This document shows, one piece after another, positions 10,729 to 20,545 of a DNA stretch of 64,000 nucleotides. Where the stretch lies: positions 1,180 through 65,179 of the forward strand of contig CABXDM010000001.1 in NCBI GenBank assembly GCA_902510965.1. Direction: 5' to 3'. Under the pieces are notes generated by a model that saw only the letters and a program-made list of their open reading frames with translations, was not told the origin of the DNA and did no database searches. Source of the DNA: an uncultured Candidatus Actinomarina sp. (GTDB lineage Bacteria > Actinomycetota > Acidimicrobiia > Actinomarinales > Actinomarinaceae). Each line of letters starts with the position of its first letter. Positions within the stretch are counted from its first letter, which is position 1. The position numbers and the translations under genes were made by a program.

Positions 10729-11376
10729 ATGAGCAAAGAATTAAATCAGCTAGCTAAAAAATTTCATGCATATCTTCGTAAAGAATACTCTGATATCAAA
10801 ACAATTCTCAAATACAGAACGCAGTTTCAGCTACTTGTTTCGATTGTCCTTTCAGCTCAAACGACAGATGAAAATGTAAATAAAGCTACTAAGGGGCTGT
10901 TTAAGGAATATCCAAATGCGAAATCATTGGGATCTGCAAAATTAAAAAGTATTGAAAGACTTGTATTCTCTACAGGTTTTTATAAAGTTAAATCTAAGAA
11001 CATACATGCATTATCCAAAATACTTGTAAAAGAATATAACTCAAGGATTCCTAAGACAATTGAAGAACTTGTAAAACTCCCTGGCGTTGGAAGAAAAACA
11101 GCATCAGTTTTTCTTGCAGAAACATTTGATCACCCAACTATAGCTGTTGACACCCATGTACTGAGGGTCTCTCACAGACTTGGGCTTTCAACTAAAAGAC
11201 ATGACCCAGTCCAAACTGAAAAAGAATTAAAATTGCTTTTTCCTAAAGACTTTTGGCGATATCTTTCAATGAGTTTTGTGCAATTTGGAAGAGACATTTG
11301 TGATGCAAAAAAACCATTATGTGACGTTTGTGATTTTAACAATTCTTGTAAGTACTATTTATCTCTTAATACCTAA
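10729..11376 (+). CDS. nth: Endonuclease III (DNA glycosylase/AP lyase)
   Basis: HhH-GPD motif LPGVGRKTA, DTHVLRV, and a C-terminal FeS loop C-x6-C-x2-C-x5-C (CDAKKPLCDVCDFNNSC). Confidence 0.93.
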   Translation: MSKELNQLAKKFHAYLRKEYSDIKTILKYRTQFQLLVSIVLSAQTTDENVNKATKGLFKEYPNAKSLGSAKLKSIERLVFSTGFYKVKSKNIHALSKILVKEYNSRIPKTIEELVKLPGVGRKTASVFLAETFDHPTIAVDTHVLRVSHRLGLSTKRHDPVQTEKELKLLFPKDFWRYLSMSFVQFGRDICDAKKPLCDVCDFNNSCKYYLSLNT

Positions 11377-11395
11377 TCATATATATATTTAATCT

Positions 11396-12103
11396 ATGGA
11401 AGTAAATATTTTTCTATCGTTTGTTTTTGGAATGTTATCTTTTTTCTCACCTTGTGTGTTACCGTTAGTGCCTGGATATCTCACTATATTTTCAGGGGCC
11501 GAGAACACAATACAAAATAGGTTTAGAGGTTCGTTAGAATTTTGTTTAGGGTTTTCAATAGTTTTCATATCTCTGGCTGCCATAGCATCCTCAGTTGGAT
11601 CTTTCTTCACAAGAAATTCCTCGACACTTGGTATGGTCAGTGGACTAATAATAATATGCTTTGGATTGTTATTACTTTTTCCTACATTCAACATGAGATA
11701 CTTTTACTCAGCAAACTATATTGATATAAAAAAATATTCAACATTTAAGAATTTTGTTTTAGGTTTAACTTTTGCTTTTGGTTTCACTCCATGTATTGGA
11801 CCTGTATTGGGGGCTCTGTTAACTTTAACTTCAAATTCCGCAACTCTATATAGGGGTGTAGGCTTATTGATTAGCTTCTCGTTAGGTCTATCTATTCCAT
11901 TTATTCTCATCTCTGTTTTATCAGGAAAATTTAGTTTTAAAAATAAGATATTTATTGCATTCCAAAAATATTCCTCAAAAATATCTGGTTTAGTTTTAAT
12001 CTCTATCGGCCTTTTGATATTTACCGATAAAATGTATATTTTGGCATCGCTGTTTCAAGATCTTCTTATTTTCATGAACCTTGATTGGCTGAGTACAATT
12101 TAA
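11396..12103 (+). CDS. ccdA: Cytochrome c biogenesis/thiol-disulfide transfer membrane protein CcdA (DsbD family)
   Basis: 235 aa, 6 TM. Conserved Cys motifs FFSPCVLPLVPGYL and FTPCIGPVLG. Confidence 0.85.
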   Translation: MEVNIFLSFVFGMLSFFSPCVLPLVPGYLTIFSGAENTIQNRFRGSLEFCLGFSIVFISLAAIASSVGSFFTRNSSTLGMVSGLIIICFGLLLLFPTFNMRYFYSANYIDIKKYSTFKNFVLGLTFAFGFTPCIGPVLGALLTLTSNSATLYRGVGLLISFSLGLSIPFILISVLSGKFSFKNKIFIAFQKYSSKISGLVLISIGLLIFTDKMYILASLFQDLLIFMNLDWLSTI

Positions 12104-12105
12104 TT

Positions 12106-12669
12106 ATGGACACAGTAATAAGTACCCACTCTTTAAAAATAGAAGGAGATGATGCAATTAAATTTATCGAATCCTTGATCTCTATAGATCCTATGGTCAA
12201 TATATTTAAAACATCGTTTTTACTTAAACCAGACGGAAAAGTTAATCACTGGTTTGTTATTAAAAGAGTTAACGATAAATTATTTATATACCAGAGCGAA
12301 CAAGAGCTCACCCGCATCAAAGAAAGTTTAGATTTTTATAAAATCAGAACTAAATGTTCTCTTGAGATTATTAAAGATGAAAAATATTTGGGTCTTGTAT
12401 TGCATGATGACAACTTTAAATTTATTGAGAATTTAGATCAAAAAAATATTATTGACTGGGCTGATCTGTCCTTAATATTAGAGTTACCTTTACCAGAAAT
12501 AACCCTTGATGGTCTCCTCCCAAATGAGACTAAATGGTTGGATTTTATGGTTGACTTTAATAAGGGTTGTTTTCTCGGTCAAGAGCAAGCTTCCCGAGTT
12601 AAATTTAGAGGAAGACCTAGAAGACTTTTACAATCGAATAAAGATTCTCAGGAATTCATAAAAATTTAG
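12106..12669 (+). CDS. YgfZ/GcvT-like folate-binding protein (short form)
   Basis: KGCFLGQEQASRVKFRGRPRR resembles the YgfZ signature KGCYxGQE. ATG 12106 lies 3 nt after the ccdA stop; the ORF track starts at TTG 12085. Confidence 0.6.
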   Translation: MDTVISTHSLKIEGDDAIKFIESLISIDPMVNIFKTSFLLKPDGKVNHWFVIKRVNDKLFIYQSEQELTRIKESLDFYKIRTKCSLEIIKDEKYLGLVLHDDNFKFIENLDQKNIIDWADLSLILELPLPEITLDGLLPNETKWLDFMVDFNKGCFLGQEQASRVKFRGRPRRLLQSNKDSQEFIKI

Positions 12670-12670
12670 A

Positions 12671-12973
12671 ATGCAGAGATGTGATTATTGCGGAAGAATT
12701 CTTTATAAAAATGTTTCTGAAAAATATTTTTTGTGTTCTTCTAAATGCCGAACAAAGTATAAAAATACAAAAGACTTATCTAAATTAGAACAATCAGTTA
12801 CTTCCGTAGTTAAAAATGGAATACTTGTTAAGGATATTGTTAATAAATTAGATTACGATAAATTTGATACGGTATCTGCGATAAGAAGATTAATTTATCA
12901 AAAAGGAAGTCTCTACATTAAAGCTAATAGTGAGATAAATTTGAATGTACAAGTATTTATAGTGAGAAAATAG
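12671..12973 (+). CDS. Hypothetical zinc-ribbon protein (100 aa)
   Basis: N-terminal C-x2-C-x13-C-x3-C (CDYCG...FLCSSKC), which is FCS/TRASH-like. The rest has no recognised motif. Confidence 0.5.
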   Translation: MQRCDYCGRILYKNVSEKYFLCSSKCRTKYKNTKDLSKLEQSVTSVVKNGILVKDIVNKLDYDKFDTVSAIRRLIYQKGSLYIKANSEINLNVQVFIVRK

Positions 12974-13559
12974 CGCCTTTATCAAATTTTGATAGTGAGT
13001 ATTGCACAATTGGACCAACAGAGAGAACCATTACAACCGTTCCGTAGCCATATGAACCTCCAAGTAAAACTCCAAGCATAAATGCAGAAAAGTCAATTCC
13101 TATTCTTGTGACTCTAATACTTGGTCCCAGTTTTGAAATTCCTGTCATAATTCCATCTCTTGGTCCGGGACCCAATCCAGCACCTATATAAAGGCCAACT
13201 CCCATCGCAAATACTATTGTTCCAAAGTAGAGATATAGATGTCTAACATACATTAATTCAGGAGCTGGCAAATATAACATGGTTAAATCAATAACGTTAC
13301 CAATCGTCAGTATGTTTATAATTGTGCCGATAAATGGTACCTGCTTAAGGGGTATCCACCCAAGAAGCAAAATGAAACCGGTTATAACACCTGCAAAACC
13401 AATTTTAACATTTACAAGCTTGCTAAACCCGTCATGAAAAACATCCCAAGAGTTTAATCCTAAGTTAGCTTCAATTGTAAAAGCTAGACCAAAACCACAA
13501 AAAAAGAGACCAAGAAGCAATTGAGGCATACGACGAAGAATTTCTTTACTATTCTTCAA
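12957..13559 (-). CDS. YczE/YitT-like integral membrane protein
   Basis: 200 aa, 5-6 TM. Motifs NSWDVFHDG and GLGPGPRDG resemble YczE-type membrane proteins. Confidence 0.5.
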   Translation of the reverse strand: MKNSKEILRRMPQLLLGLFFCGFGLAFTIEANLGLNSWDVFHDGFSKLVNVKIGFAGVITGFILLLGWIPLKQVPFIGTIINILTIGNVIDLTMLYLPAPELMYVRHLYLYFGTIVFAMGVGLYIGAGLGPGPRDGIMTGISKLGPSIRVTRIGIDFSAFMLGVLLGGSYGYGTVVMVLSVGPIVQYSLSKFDKGAIFSL

Positions 13560-13920
13560 TGAATAGACTTTCTAATCTTTCAACATATTCAGGACAAAGT
13601 TCATACGATGACTGGAATCGTAAAATTGGTAAAATTCTATCGTCAACAGAAGTATTTATATCAAAATCTGAAACAATATTATTTATTACTATCAAGGAGT
13701 TATTTTCATCTTTCCATTCTGCACTTGATTGACATACTGCTTTTCCTAACGAAACAAGTTTTTCATCGGATAGAGTATCTAATGTTTCATCACTATCAGC
13801 AACCCTGATCTGTTCTATAAAAGTTTGACCAAAAGTATCATCGCTATTTATGAAAACAATAATTAAAGAAATAATCAATACAATAAAAACTGTAAAACTA
13901 AATGTAGGTATCTTCTTCAA
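13549..13920 (-). CDS. Secreted or membrane-anchored protein, DUF732-like
   Basis: N-terminal TM/signal anchor, then LGKAVCQS ... YELCPEY. The two-Cys pattern is reminiscent of actinobacterial DUF732. Confidence 0.4.
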   Translation of the reverse strand: MKKIPTFSFTVFIVLIISLIIVFINSDDTFGQTFIEQIRVADSDETLDTLSDEKLVSLGKAVCQSSAEWKDENNSLIVINNIVSDFDINTSVDDRILPILRFQSSYELCPEYVERLESLFIEE

Positions 13921-13960
13921 GTAACCATTCTAGACAAAGAGTTTTTTTGTATATAAAAAG

Positions 13961-14042
13961 TACCCGGAGGGGGAGTCGAACCCCCACATCCGAAGATACT
14001 GGATTTTGAATCCAGCGCGTCTGCCAATTCCGCCATCCGGGC
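13961..14042 (-). tRNA. tRNA-Leu (anticodon CAA), type II with long variable arm
   Basis: Reverse complement is GCCCGGATGGCGGAATTGGCAGACGCGCTGGATTCAAAATCCAG...GGGGGTTCGACTCCCCCTCCGGGTA. Anticodon stem CTGGA/TCCAG with loop TTCAAAA, a TTCGA T-loop, and a 7-bp acceptor stem. Confidence 0.9.
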
Positions 14043-14111
14043 TTTACTTCTATGATTATATTTCATATTTAATCCAAAGAGAGAAAAATAATTTAAGTTT
14101 ACAATGAAAGG

Positions 14112-16613
14112 ATGATTGTTCTCATTGATGGTTTTAGCATTGCTTTCAGGGCTTTTTATGCTTTGCCTGAAACTTTGATGACATCCAAGGGTACTCCAAC
14201 AAACGTCATCCATGGCTTTTTATCAATGCTCAATAAAATAACGTCAGACTATAAATTAGAACAATTAGTTGTAACGTGGGATCTACCAGGAAATACCTTT
14301 AGAAATGATATATACACAGATTACAAAGCCAACAGAACGTCTGCACCTGATAATTTTAATATTCAAGTACCTCTATTACACAATCTGTTGGATACGTTTA
14401 ACATTCCACAAGTTTCAAAAGAGGGTTATGAAGCTGATGATGTATTAGGATCTCTCTCCGTGACGTTAAATCAGAAAAATAAAAAAGTTCTTATTGTTAC
14501 CGGCGATAGAGATACATATCAATTGATTTCTAATAAGACAAAAATACTATATACAAAACGGGGTATTTCAGATGTTGATCTGGTAGATGAAAAATTCTTC
14601 GTAAATAAATTTGGAATAAACACAAAGCAATATGTTGAATATCTTGCCTTAAAAGGTGATCCTTCTGATAACATCCCAGGTTTACCAGGAGTTGGTGAAA
14701 AAACGGCAATTAATTTATTACAAAAATATAAAGATATTAATACTATTTATAAAAATCTAGATGAATTAACTCCGAAAATAAAAGGTTCATTTGAGGATAA
14801 TAAAGAAATACTATTGATGAGTAAAGACCTAGCAACAATTCGTACCGATTTAGAACTTAAGATACCTGATATCAAAATTGAAGATACTATATTTTATTCA
14901 GATAACGTTCTAAAAGATTCACAAGAGCAAGTTACAAAGCTTGAACTTAATAAATATATAAGAAAGTATAAATCTCAACAAGAGATTACTGATGTTGATT
15001 CTGCAGACCTAACTATAAATGAAATTAGTTCAAAAAATTTCCCAATCAATTCTTTACTTTTTGAATTTGAAAATAATATTTATGTTGTCAACGATGAGAT
15101 AGCAGGACGATTGGTAGATGGGGTAGTCATTGATAAAGATTTCATTTCACTTACAACTCAAAAATTATTTACTACATTACCTAAATTGGATAATAAGTAT
15201 GTTACTGCTTACGATTGTCTTTTATTTTTACACGATCCCAATAAAAGACCGGATAATCTTTTAAATGTTTGTAAACATATAGAACAAGCTAATCTTCTAA
15301 ATAAAAAATCCACAATTGATGACTTTATTAAATTTTTTAATTTAAATTACAATCATATAATAACTGATTTAAAGAATTTCAAATCTGATAAATCTTTAAT
15401 AAAACTTTATGAAGAATTAGACTTCCCGATTGTATCTGTACTTAACTCTATGCAGATTAAAGGAGTTAAAGTTTCAAATAAAAAAATTGAAACTCTTTCA
15501 AAAGTTATCAATCAAGAAATCTCTGATTATAGAGAAAAAATACTCGAGATAACCAAGCAAGAGTTTAATTTAAATTCTCCGAAACAATTAGCTAAAGTTC
15601 TATTTGAAGACATGAACCTTCCTGTGATTAAAAAGACTCCAAAAGGAGCACCGTCAACGGATGGTTCAGTACTTGAAGAACTTTCGAAAGATTACGAACT
15701 CCCTAAATATATATTGAAATATCGAGAATATGAAAAAATTAGATCTACCTATATTGATGGTTTAAAAACAGAAATTACCGATAAAAATAGAATTCATACA
15801 ACTTACAATCTTTTTGGAACAACAACTGGTCGGCTATCTTCAGAAAAACCAAATCTCCAAAATATTCCTAATAAAACAGATATTGGCCAAAAAATAAGGG
15901 AATTCTTTATTGCTGACACGAATCATACTTTTATTATTTCTGACTACTCACAAATTGAATTACGAGTACTTGCCCATCTAAGTGCTGATAAAAATATGAT
16001 AGAAATCCTTAGTTCTATTGATTCTGATATCCACACTGAAACTGCATCAAGAATTTTTAACGTCAGCTTAGCTTCTGTAACAAAAGATATGAGAAGAAAG
16101 GCTAAAGAAGTTAACTTTGGTCTTATTTATGGAATGGAATCATTTGGACTTTCTAAAAGTCTTGATATTACTAAAAATGAAGCACAAGAACTCATAGATG
16201 CATATTTTTCTCAGTTCCCGAAAATAAAAGGTTTTTTGGACACAATAGTATCGGATGCTGAAAAAAATGGGTTTACAAAAACACTTTATGGAAGAAAACG
16301 AATTATAAAAGAGTTAGGTTCTTCTAACTTTCAACTAAAAGCCATGGGAAAAAGAATTGCAATGAATGCTCCCATTCAAGGAACAGCAGCAGATATTATG
16401 AAAATAGCAATGCTTAAGGTGGAAAGTAAAATATCAGATTTAAAATCTACAGATTTATTACTTCAGATCCATGACGAGATTATAGTTCAGACACCTATTG
16501 CAAACATTGAAGAGGTCACAAACATCATAAGAACCGAAATGGAAAGCGCAACTCAACTTAAAGTTCCATTATTTGTTAATATAAAAAATAATAAAAATTT
16601 AGCAAATAATTAA
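14112..16613 (+). CDS. polA: DNA polymerase I
   Basis: 833 aa. 5'-nuclease domain (GYEADDVLGS) and polymerase motifs A DYSQIELRVLAH, B RRKAKEVNFGLIYG and C QIHDEI. Confidence 0.95.
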   Translation: MIVLIDGFSIAFRAFYALPETLMTSKGTPTNVIHGFLSMLNKITSDYKLEQLVVTWDLPGNTFRNDIYTDYKANRTSAPDNFNIQVPLLHNLLDTFNIPQVSKEGYEADDVLGSLSVTLNQKNKKVLIVTGDRDTYQLISNKTKILYTKRGISDVDLVDEKFFVNKFGINTKQYVEYLALKGDPSDNIPGLPGVGEKTAINLLQKYKDINTIYKNLDELTPKIKGSFEDNKEILLMSKDLATIRTDLELKIPDIKIEDTIFYSDNVLKDSQEQVTKLELNKYIRKYKSQQEITDVDSADLTINEISSKNFPINSLLFEFENNIYVVNDEIAGRLVDGVVIDKDFISLTTQKLFTTLPKLDNKYVTAYDCLLFLHDPNKRPDNLLNVCKHIEQANLLNKKSTIDDFIKFFNLNYNHIITDLKNFKSDKSLIKLYEELDFPIVSVLNSMQIKGVKVSNKKIETLSKVINQEISDYREKILEITKQEFNLNSPKQLAKVLFEDMNLPVIKKTPKGAPSTDGSVLEELSKDYELPKYILKYREYEKIRSTYIDGLKTEITDKNRIHTTYNLFGTTTGRLSSEKPNLQNIPNKTDIGQKIREFFIADTNHTFIISDYSQIELRVLAHLSADKNMIEILSSIDSDIHTETASRIFNVSLASVTKDMRRKAKEVNFGLIYGMESFGLSKSLDITKNEAQELIDAYFSQFPKIKGFLDTIVSDAEKNGFTKTLYGRKRIIKELGSSNFQLKAMGKRIAMNAPIQGTAADIMKIAMLKVESKISDLKSTDLLLQIHDEIIVQTPIANIEEVTNIIRTEMESATQLKVPLFVNIKNNKNLANN

Positions 16614-16686
16614 TATTCGTTTGTAAAAACTGTAGATATGTTATGCTAAAAGTCGAAAATAATATGATTGGAAATAATTAAACTAT

Positions 16687-17964
16687 ATGACAGATAATCA
16701 AGAGAAGGTAATTGAACCTTCAAACGTTGTTGAACTCCCAGACGATATCAAACCTGAAGATTTCCCAGATTTACTAGAAAAAACTCTAATAACTTTTAAT
16801 GATGGTGACGTTATTGAAGGAACTATTGTCCGCATAGACCGAAATGAAGTAATGGTAGATGTTGGTTACAAATCAGAAGGAGTAATACCATCCAGAGAAT
16901 TATCAGTTCGAAAATCGGTCAACCCTAAAGATCTTGTAAATGAAGGTGACAAGATTCAAGCTCTTGTATTGGATAAAGAAGATGATGAAGGAAGACTTAT
17001 TCTCTCAGTTAAAAGGGCTATTTATGAAAAAGCTTGGGGGGACATTCAAGAGATCTCAGATAATGACAAATCTGTCAAAGGGACAGTAATTGAAAGTGTA
17101 AAAGGTGGGTTAATTGTAGACATTGGCGTAAGAGGTTTTCTTCCAGCTTCCTTAATTGACGTCCGGAGAGTAAAGGAATTAACTTCTTATATTGGTGAAG
17201 AGATAGAAGCAAAAATTTTAGAACTTGATCGTCAGAGAAATAATATTGTACTTTCACGAAAAGCTCACTTAGAACAAGAACAATCAGGAGAAAGAAAGAG
17301 TTTCTTAGAAAATTTAGAGGTAGGAAATATTAAAGAAGGTAAGATATCTTCGATTGTTAATTTTGGAGCATTCGTTGACATTGGCGGTATGGATGGCCTA
17401 GTTCACGTTTCAGAATTATCATGGAGACATGTAGAGAATCCGAATGAAGTGGTAAAAGTTGGAGATACCGTTACTGTAAAAGTTCTTGAAATAGATAATG
17501 ACAAAGAAAGAATATCTTTATCTATTAAACAAGTAACAGAAGATCCATGGTCAGATTTTGAACTACAATACAAGCAAGATGATATTGTTGATGGCGAAGT
17601 TACTAAAGTAGTGCCATTCGGTGCATTTGTCACTATTGGAAAAGGTGTAGAGGGCCTAGTTCACGTCTCAGAGATTTCAGTTGACAAAGTTGATTCTCCA
17701 GAATTAGCACTTGCTATAGGTCAAAAAGTCAAAATTAAAATTACTGAACTTGATATACCTAAAAGGAGAGTTAATCTTTCAATCAAACAAGCTGATCCCA
17801 ATTGGAAAGATGTGGAAGAAAAGAAAAATGCTCCTAAAACTCACTCGTCACAATCTGAGGAAAAACAGGAACAAAAACAAGAACGTCAAACTGTTGAAGG
17901 TGTAGATGAATCTTTAGAGAATATTCTTCAGGAACTCAAAGAAAGAGGAATAGGAAACTCCTAA
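16687..17964 (+). CDS. rpsA: 30S ribosomal protein S1
   Basis: 425 aa with four S1 repeats (e.g. GFLPASL, GLVHVSE twice). Lies after polA and before coaE, as in Actinobacteria. Confidence 0.95.
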   Translation: MTDNQEKVIEPSNVVELPDDIKPEDFPDLLEKTLITFNDGDVIEGTIVRIDRNEVMVDVGYKSEGVIPSRELSVRKSVNPKDLVNEGDKIQALVLDKEDDEGRLILSVKRAIYEKAWGDIQEISDNDKSVKGTVIESVKGGLIVDIGVRGFLPASLIDVRRVKELTSYIGEEIEAKILELDRQRNNIVLSRKAHLEQEQSGERKSFLENLEVGNIKEGKISSIVNFGAFVDIGGMDGLVHVSELSWRHVENPNEVVKVGDTVTVKVLEIDNDKERISLSIKQVTEDPWSDFELQYKQDDIVDGEVTKVVPFGAFVTIGKGVEGLVHVSEISVDKVDSPELALAIGQKVKIKITELDIPKRRVNLSIKQADPNWKDVEEKKNAPKTHSSQSEEKQEQKQERQTVEGVDESLENILQELKERGIGNS

Positions 17965-17994
17965 TAATTCCTAATATTCTTTATCCTTAAGCAT

Positions 17995-18555
17995 ATGGAT
18001 TCAAGAGTAACAATTATTACAGGCCCAATAGGAAGTGGGAAGTCCACTGCTTGTGAATATTTAGCAAACAAAAACTTTAAAACAATTGATTTGGATCAGA
18101 TTTCAAACGACATCTTACAAAGTCAAGATTCTTTACCATTTTTAAAAGAAGAATTCAGCGATTGTCTAAACGAAAATGTTGTTGATAGACAATTGTTAGC
18201 AGATATTGTTTTTACAAATTCTGAAAAACTTAGATTATTAGAAAATTTTCTACATCCTTTAATAACAGAACGAGTATTAGTAGTAATACAGGAAACCAAA
18301 GGACACTTATTCATCGAGGCTTCAGCCCCTAAGAATATTTCTAAACTTTATCCTACTATTGTTATTTTTGCTGACGAACAAACACGTAGAAACAGACTTA
18401 AAAAAAGAGGTATGTCATTAACTGATATAGATAATCGAATTAAAACTCAACAAGATAAAGCTTGGTGGAAATCACTTGGGTCGGTTATCGAAAATACTTC
18501 AGTTAAAGAATTACAAGCACAATTAGATAATTTTCTTGATTCGATTAATGAATAA
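17995..18555 (+). CDS. coaE: Dephospho-CoA kinase (kinase domain only)
   Basis: P-loop GPIGSGKST. Length of 186 aa and position between rpsA and uvrB fit. Confidence 0.85.
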   Translation: MDSRVTIITGPIGSGKSTACEYLANKNFKTIDLDQISNDILQSQDSLPFLKEEFSDCLNENVVDRQLLADIVFTNSEKLRLLENFLHPLITERVLVVIQETKGHLFIEASAPKNISKLYPTIVIFADEQTRRNRLKKRGMSLTDIDNRIKTQQDKAWWKSLGSVIENTSVKELQAQLDNFLDSINE

Positions 18556-20545
18556 GTTTAAAGTAATATCTGATTTTACACCACAAGGTGATCAGCCAAA
18601 AGCAATACAAAATCTAAAAAATGGTGTTACAAAAGGATTAGATTACCAAACATTAATGGGTATTACAGGATCTGGAAAGTCTGCCACAATTGCTTGGCTT
18701 ATCGAAGAGTTGCAAATGCCTTCCCTCGTACTCGCGCCAAATAAAGCATTAGCTGCTCAACTAGCTAATGAGTTTAAGCAATTTTTTCCAGAAAATAGGG
18801 TTGAATATTTTGTATCATATTACGACTATTATCAACCTGAAGCTTATGTTCCAAGGACAGATACTTTTATAGAAAAAGATTCAAATATAAATGAAGAAAT
18901 CGACAGATTAAGACATTCAGCCACAAGTGCATTGTTACTAAGAAAAGACGTCATAGTAGTTTCATCAGTTTCTTGTATATATGGCCTGGGTTCTCCCCAA
19001 GAGTATAAAAATAAAATTATACCTCTTTTTAAGGGTGAAGAATTCGAACTTGACCAACTATTAGAAGAACTTATTCGACAACAGTACGTAAGAAATGATC
19101 TTGTAGTCACAAGAGGAACATTCAGGCTTAAAGGTGACACCCTAGACATATTCCCTGTGTATGAGGAAACAATTTTTAGAGTTGAATATTTTGGTGATGA
19201 AATTGAGAATATTCTGAGAATAGATCCTGTTACTGGTGAAATATTAGAAAAACTTACAGAACTAGCAATTCTTCCAGCTTCACATTACGTAACATCTGAG
19301 GATGTCATGAACAATGCTTTAAATCAAATTGAAAAAGATATGAATAAACAGATAAAAAAGTTTGAAAAACAGGATAAATTATTAGAGGCTCAAAGAATTA
19401 AACAAAGAACTATGTTTGATTTGGAGATGTTGAGAGAGTTAGGGGTATGCTCAGGAATAGAAAATTATTCCAGATATTTTGATGGAAGAAAACCAGGAGA
19501 TCCACCGTATACGCTACTAGATTTTTTTCAAGAAGAATTTTTAATGGTTGTAGATGAGAGCCATATTGCTATACCTCAAATAAGGGGGCAATTTGCAGGT
19601 GATAAATCTAGAAAAACAACATTAGTTGATTACGGTTTTAGACTTCCAGCTGCTTTAGATAATAGACCTTTAAAATTTGAAGAATGGCAAGGAAAAATTA
19701 AAAATACCGTACTTGTATCAGCTACCCCAGGTAAGTGGGAAAATGCAAATTCAAGTAACTTCGTGGAGCAAATTATTAGACCAACAGGACTAATTGATCC
19801 AAATATTATTATTAGGCCAACTGAAAATCAAATTGAGGATTTGTTAAAAGAAATAAAACAGGTTATTGACAAGGGAAATAGGGTTTTAGTCACAACTTTA
19901 ACTAAAAAAATGAGTGAAGCTTTAAGTGACTATTTTTTAAAGATGGGAATTAAGACTAGATATTTACATTCAGACATAGACACTCTTGAAAGAATTGAAA
20001 TACTGCGTGATTTAAGAAAAGGTGAATTTGATGTCTTAGTTGGTATAAACCTCTTGCGTGAGGGATTAGATTTACCAGAAGTAGAACTGGTAGCAATTAT
20101 GGATGCGGATAAAGAAGGATTCTTAAGATCAGAAACTAGCCTTATACAAACAATAGGTAGAGCAGCTCGAAATAAGGATGGGTACGTAATTATGTATGCA
20201 GATAGAAAAACTGACTCAATTGCAAAATCAGTTTATGAAACTGACCGAAGAAGAGAAATCCAAATTGCTCACAACAAAAAATACGGTATTACTCCTACAA
20301 CGATATCAAAAGAGATAACTGACATTCTTGAAATGGTTGAGAAAAATAGGCCATCTAGGGATGATATGGATTTCAAATCAAATATAGATTTGAGCAATGC
20401 CTCAAAGCAAGATTTATACAAAATCTCGAAAAATATTGAAAAGGAAATGAAGGTTGCCGCTGATTTATTAGAGTTTGAATTAGCTGCTAGATTAAGGGAC
20501 GAACTTAAAGAGATTAAAAAAGAAATTATGGAGTTACCAAGCTAA
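18548..20545 (+). CDS. uvrB: Excinuclease ABC subunit B
   Basis: Motifs FTPQGDQPKAI, Walker A GITGSGKS, VVDESH, and the C-terminal UVR helix ELAARLRDE. ATG 18548 overlaps the coaE stop (ATGAATAA); the track ORF opens at 18536. Confidence 0.97.
   Translation: MNKFKVISDFTPQGDQPKAIQNLKNGVTKGLDYQTLMGITGSGKSATIAWLIEELQMPSLVLAPNKALAAQLANEFKQFFPENRVEYFVSYYDYYQPEAYVPRTDTFIEKDSNINEEIDRLRHSATSALLLRKDVIVVSSVSCIYGLGSPQEYKNKIIPLFKGEEFELDQLLEELIRQQYVRNDLVVTRGTFRLKGDTLDIFPVYEETIFRVEYFGDEIENILRIDPVTGEILEKLTELAILPASHYVTSEDVMNNALNQIEKDMNKQIKKFEKQDKLLEAQRIKQRTMFDLEMLRELGVCSGIENYSRYFDGRKPGDPPYTLLDFFQEEFLMVVDESHIAIPQIRGQFAGDKSRKTTLVDYGFRLPAALDNRPLKFEEWQGKIKNTVLVSATPGKWENANSSNFVEQIIRPTGLIDPNIIIRPTENQIEDLLKEIKQVIDKGNRVLVTTLTKKMSEALSDYFLKMGIKTRYLHSDIDTLERIEILRDLRKGEFDVLVGINLLREGLDLPEVELVAIMDADKEGFLRSETSLIQTIGRAARNKDGYVIMYADRKTDSIAKSVYETDRRREIQIAHNKKYGITPTTISKEITDILEMVEKNRPSRDDMDFKSNIDLSNASKQDLYKISKNIEKEMKVAADLLEFELAARLRDELKEIKKEIMELPS

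Noticed and set aside
11389-11910. Three short ORFs (11389-11694 minus, 11542-11724 plus, 11716-11910 minus) overlapping ccdA
   Set aside because: They are nested in or antisense to a well-supported DsbD-family membrane gene. AT-rich genomes generate such spurious frames. The same reasoning applies to the other short antisense ORFs listed inside ileS, dnaE, rpsA, uvrA/B/C, pgk, gpmA, guaC, the CDF gene, the 517-aa membrane gene, scpA and the ABC genes.
13917-14213. 98-aa minus-strand ORF in the ORF track
   Set aside because: It is read through the tRNA-Leu(CAA) gene and the polA 5' region. It is an artefact of the tRNA sequence, not a gene.
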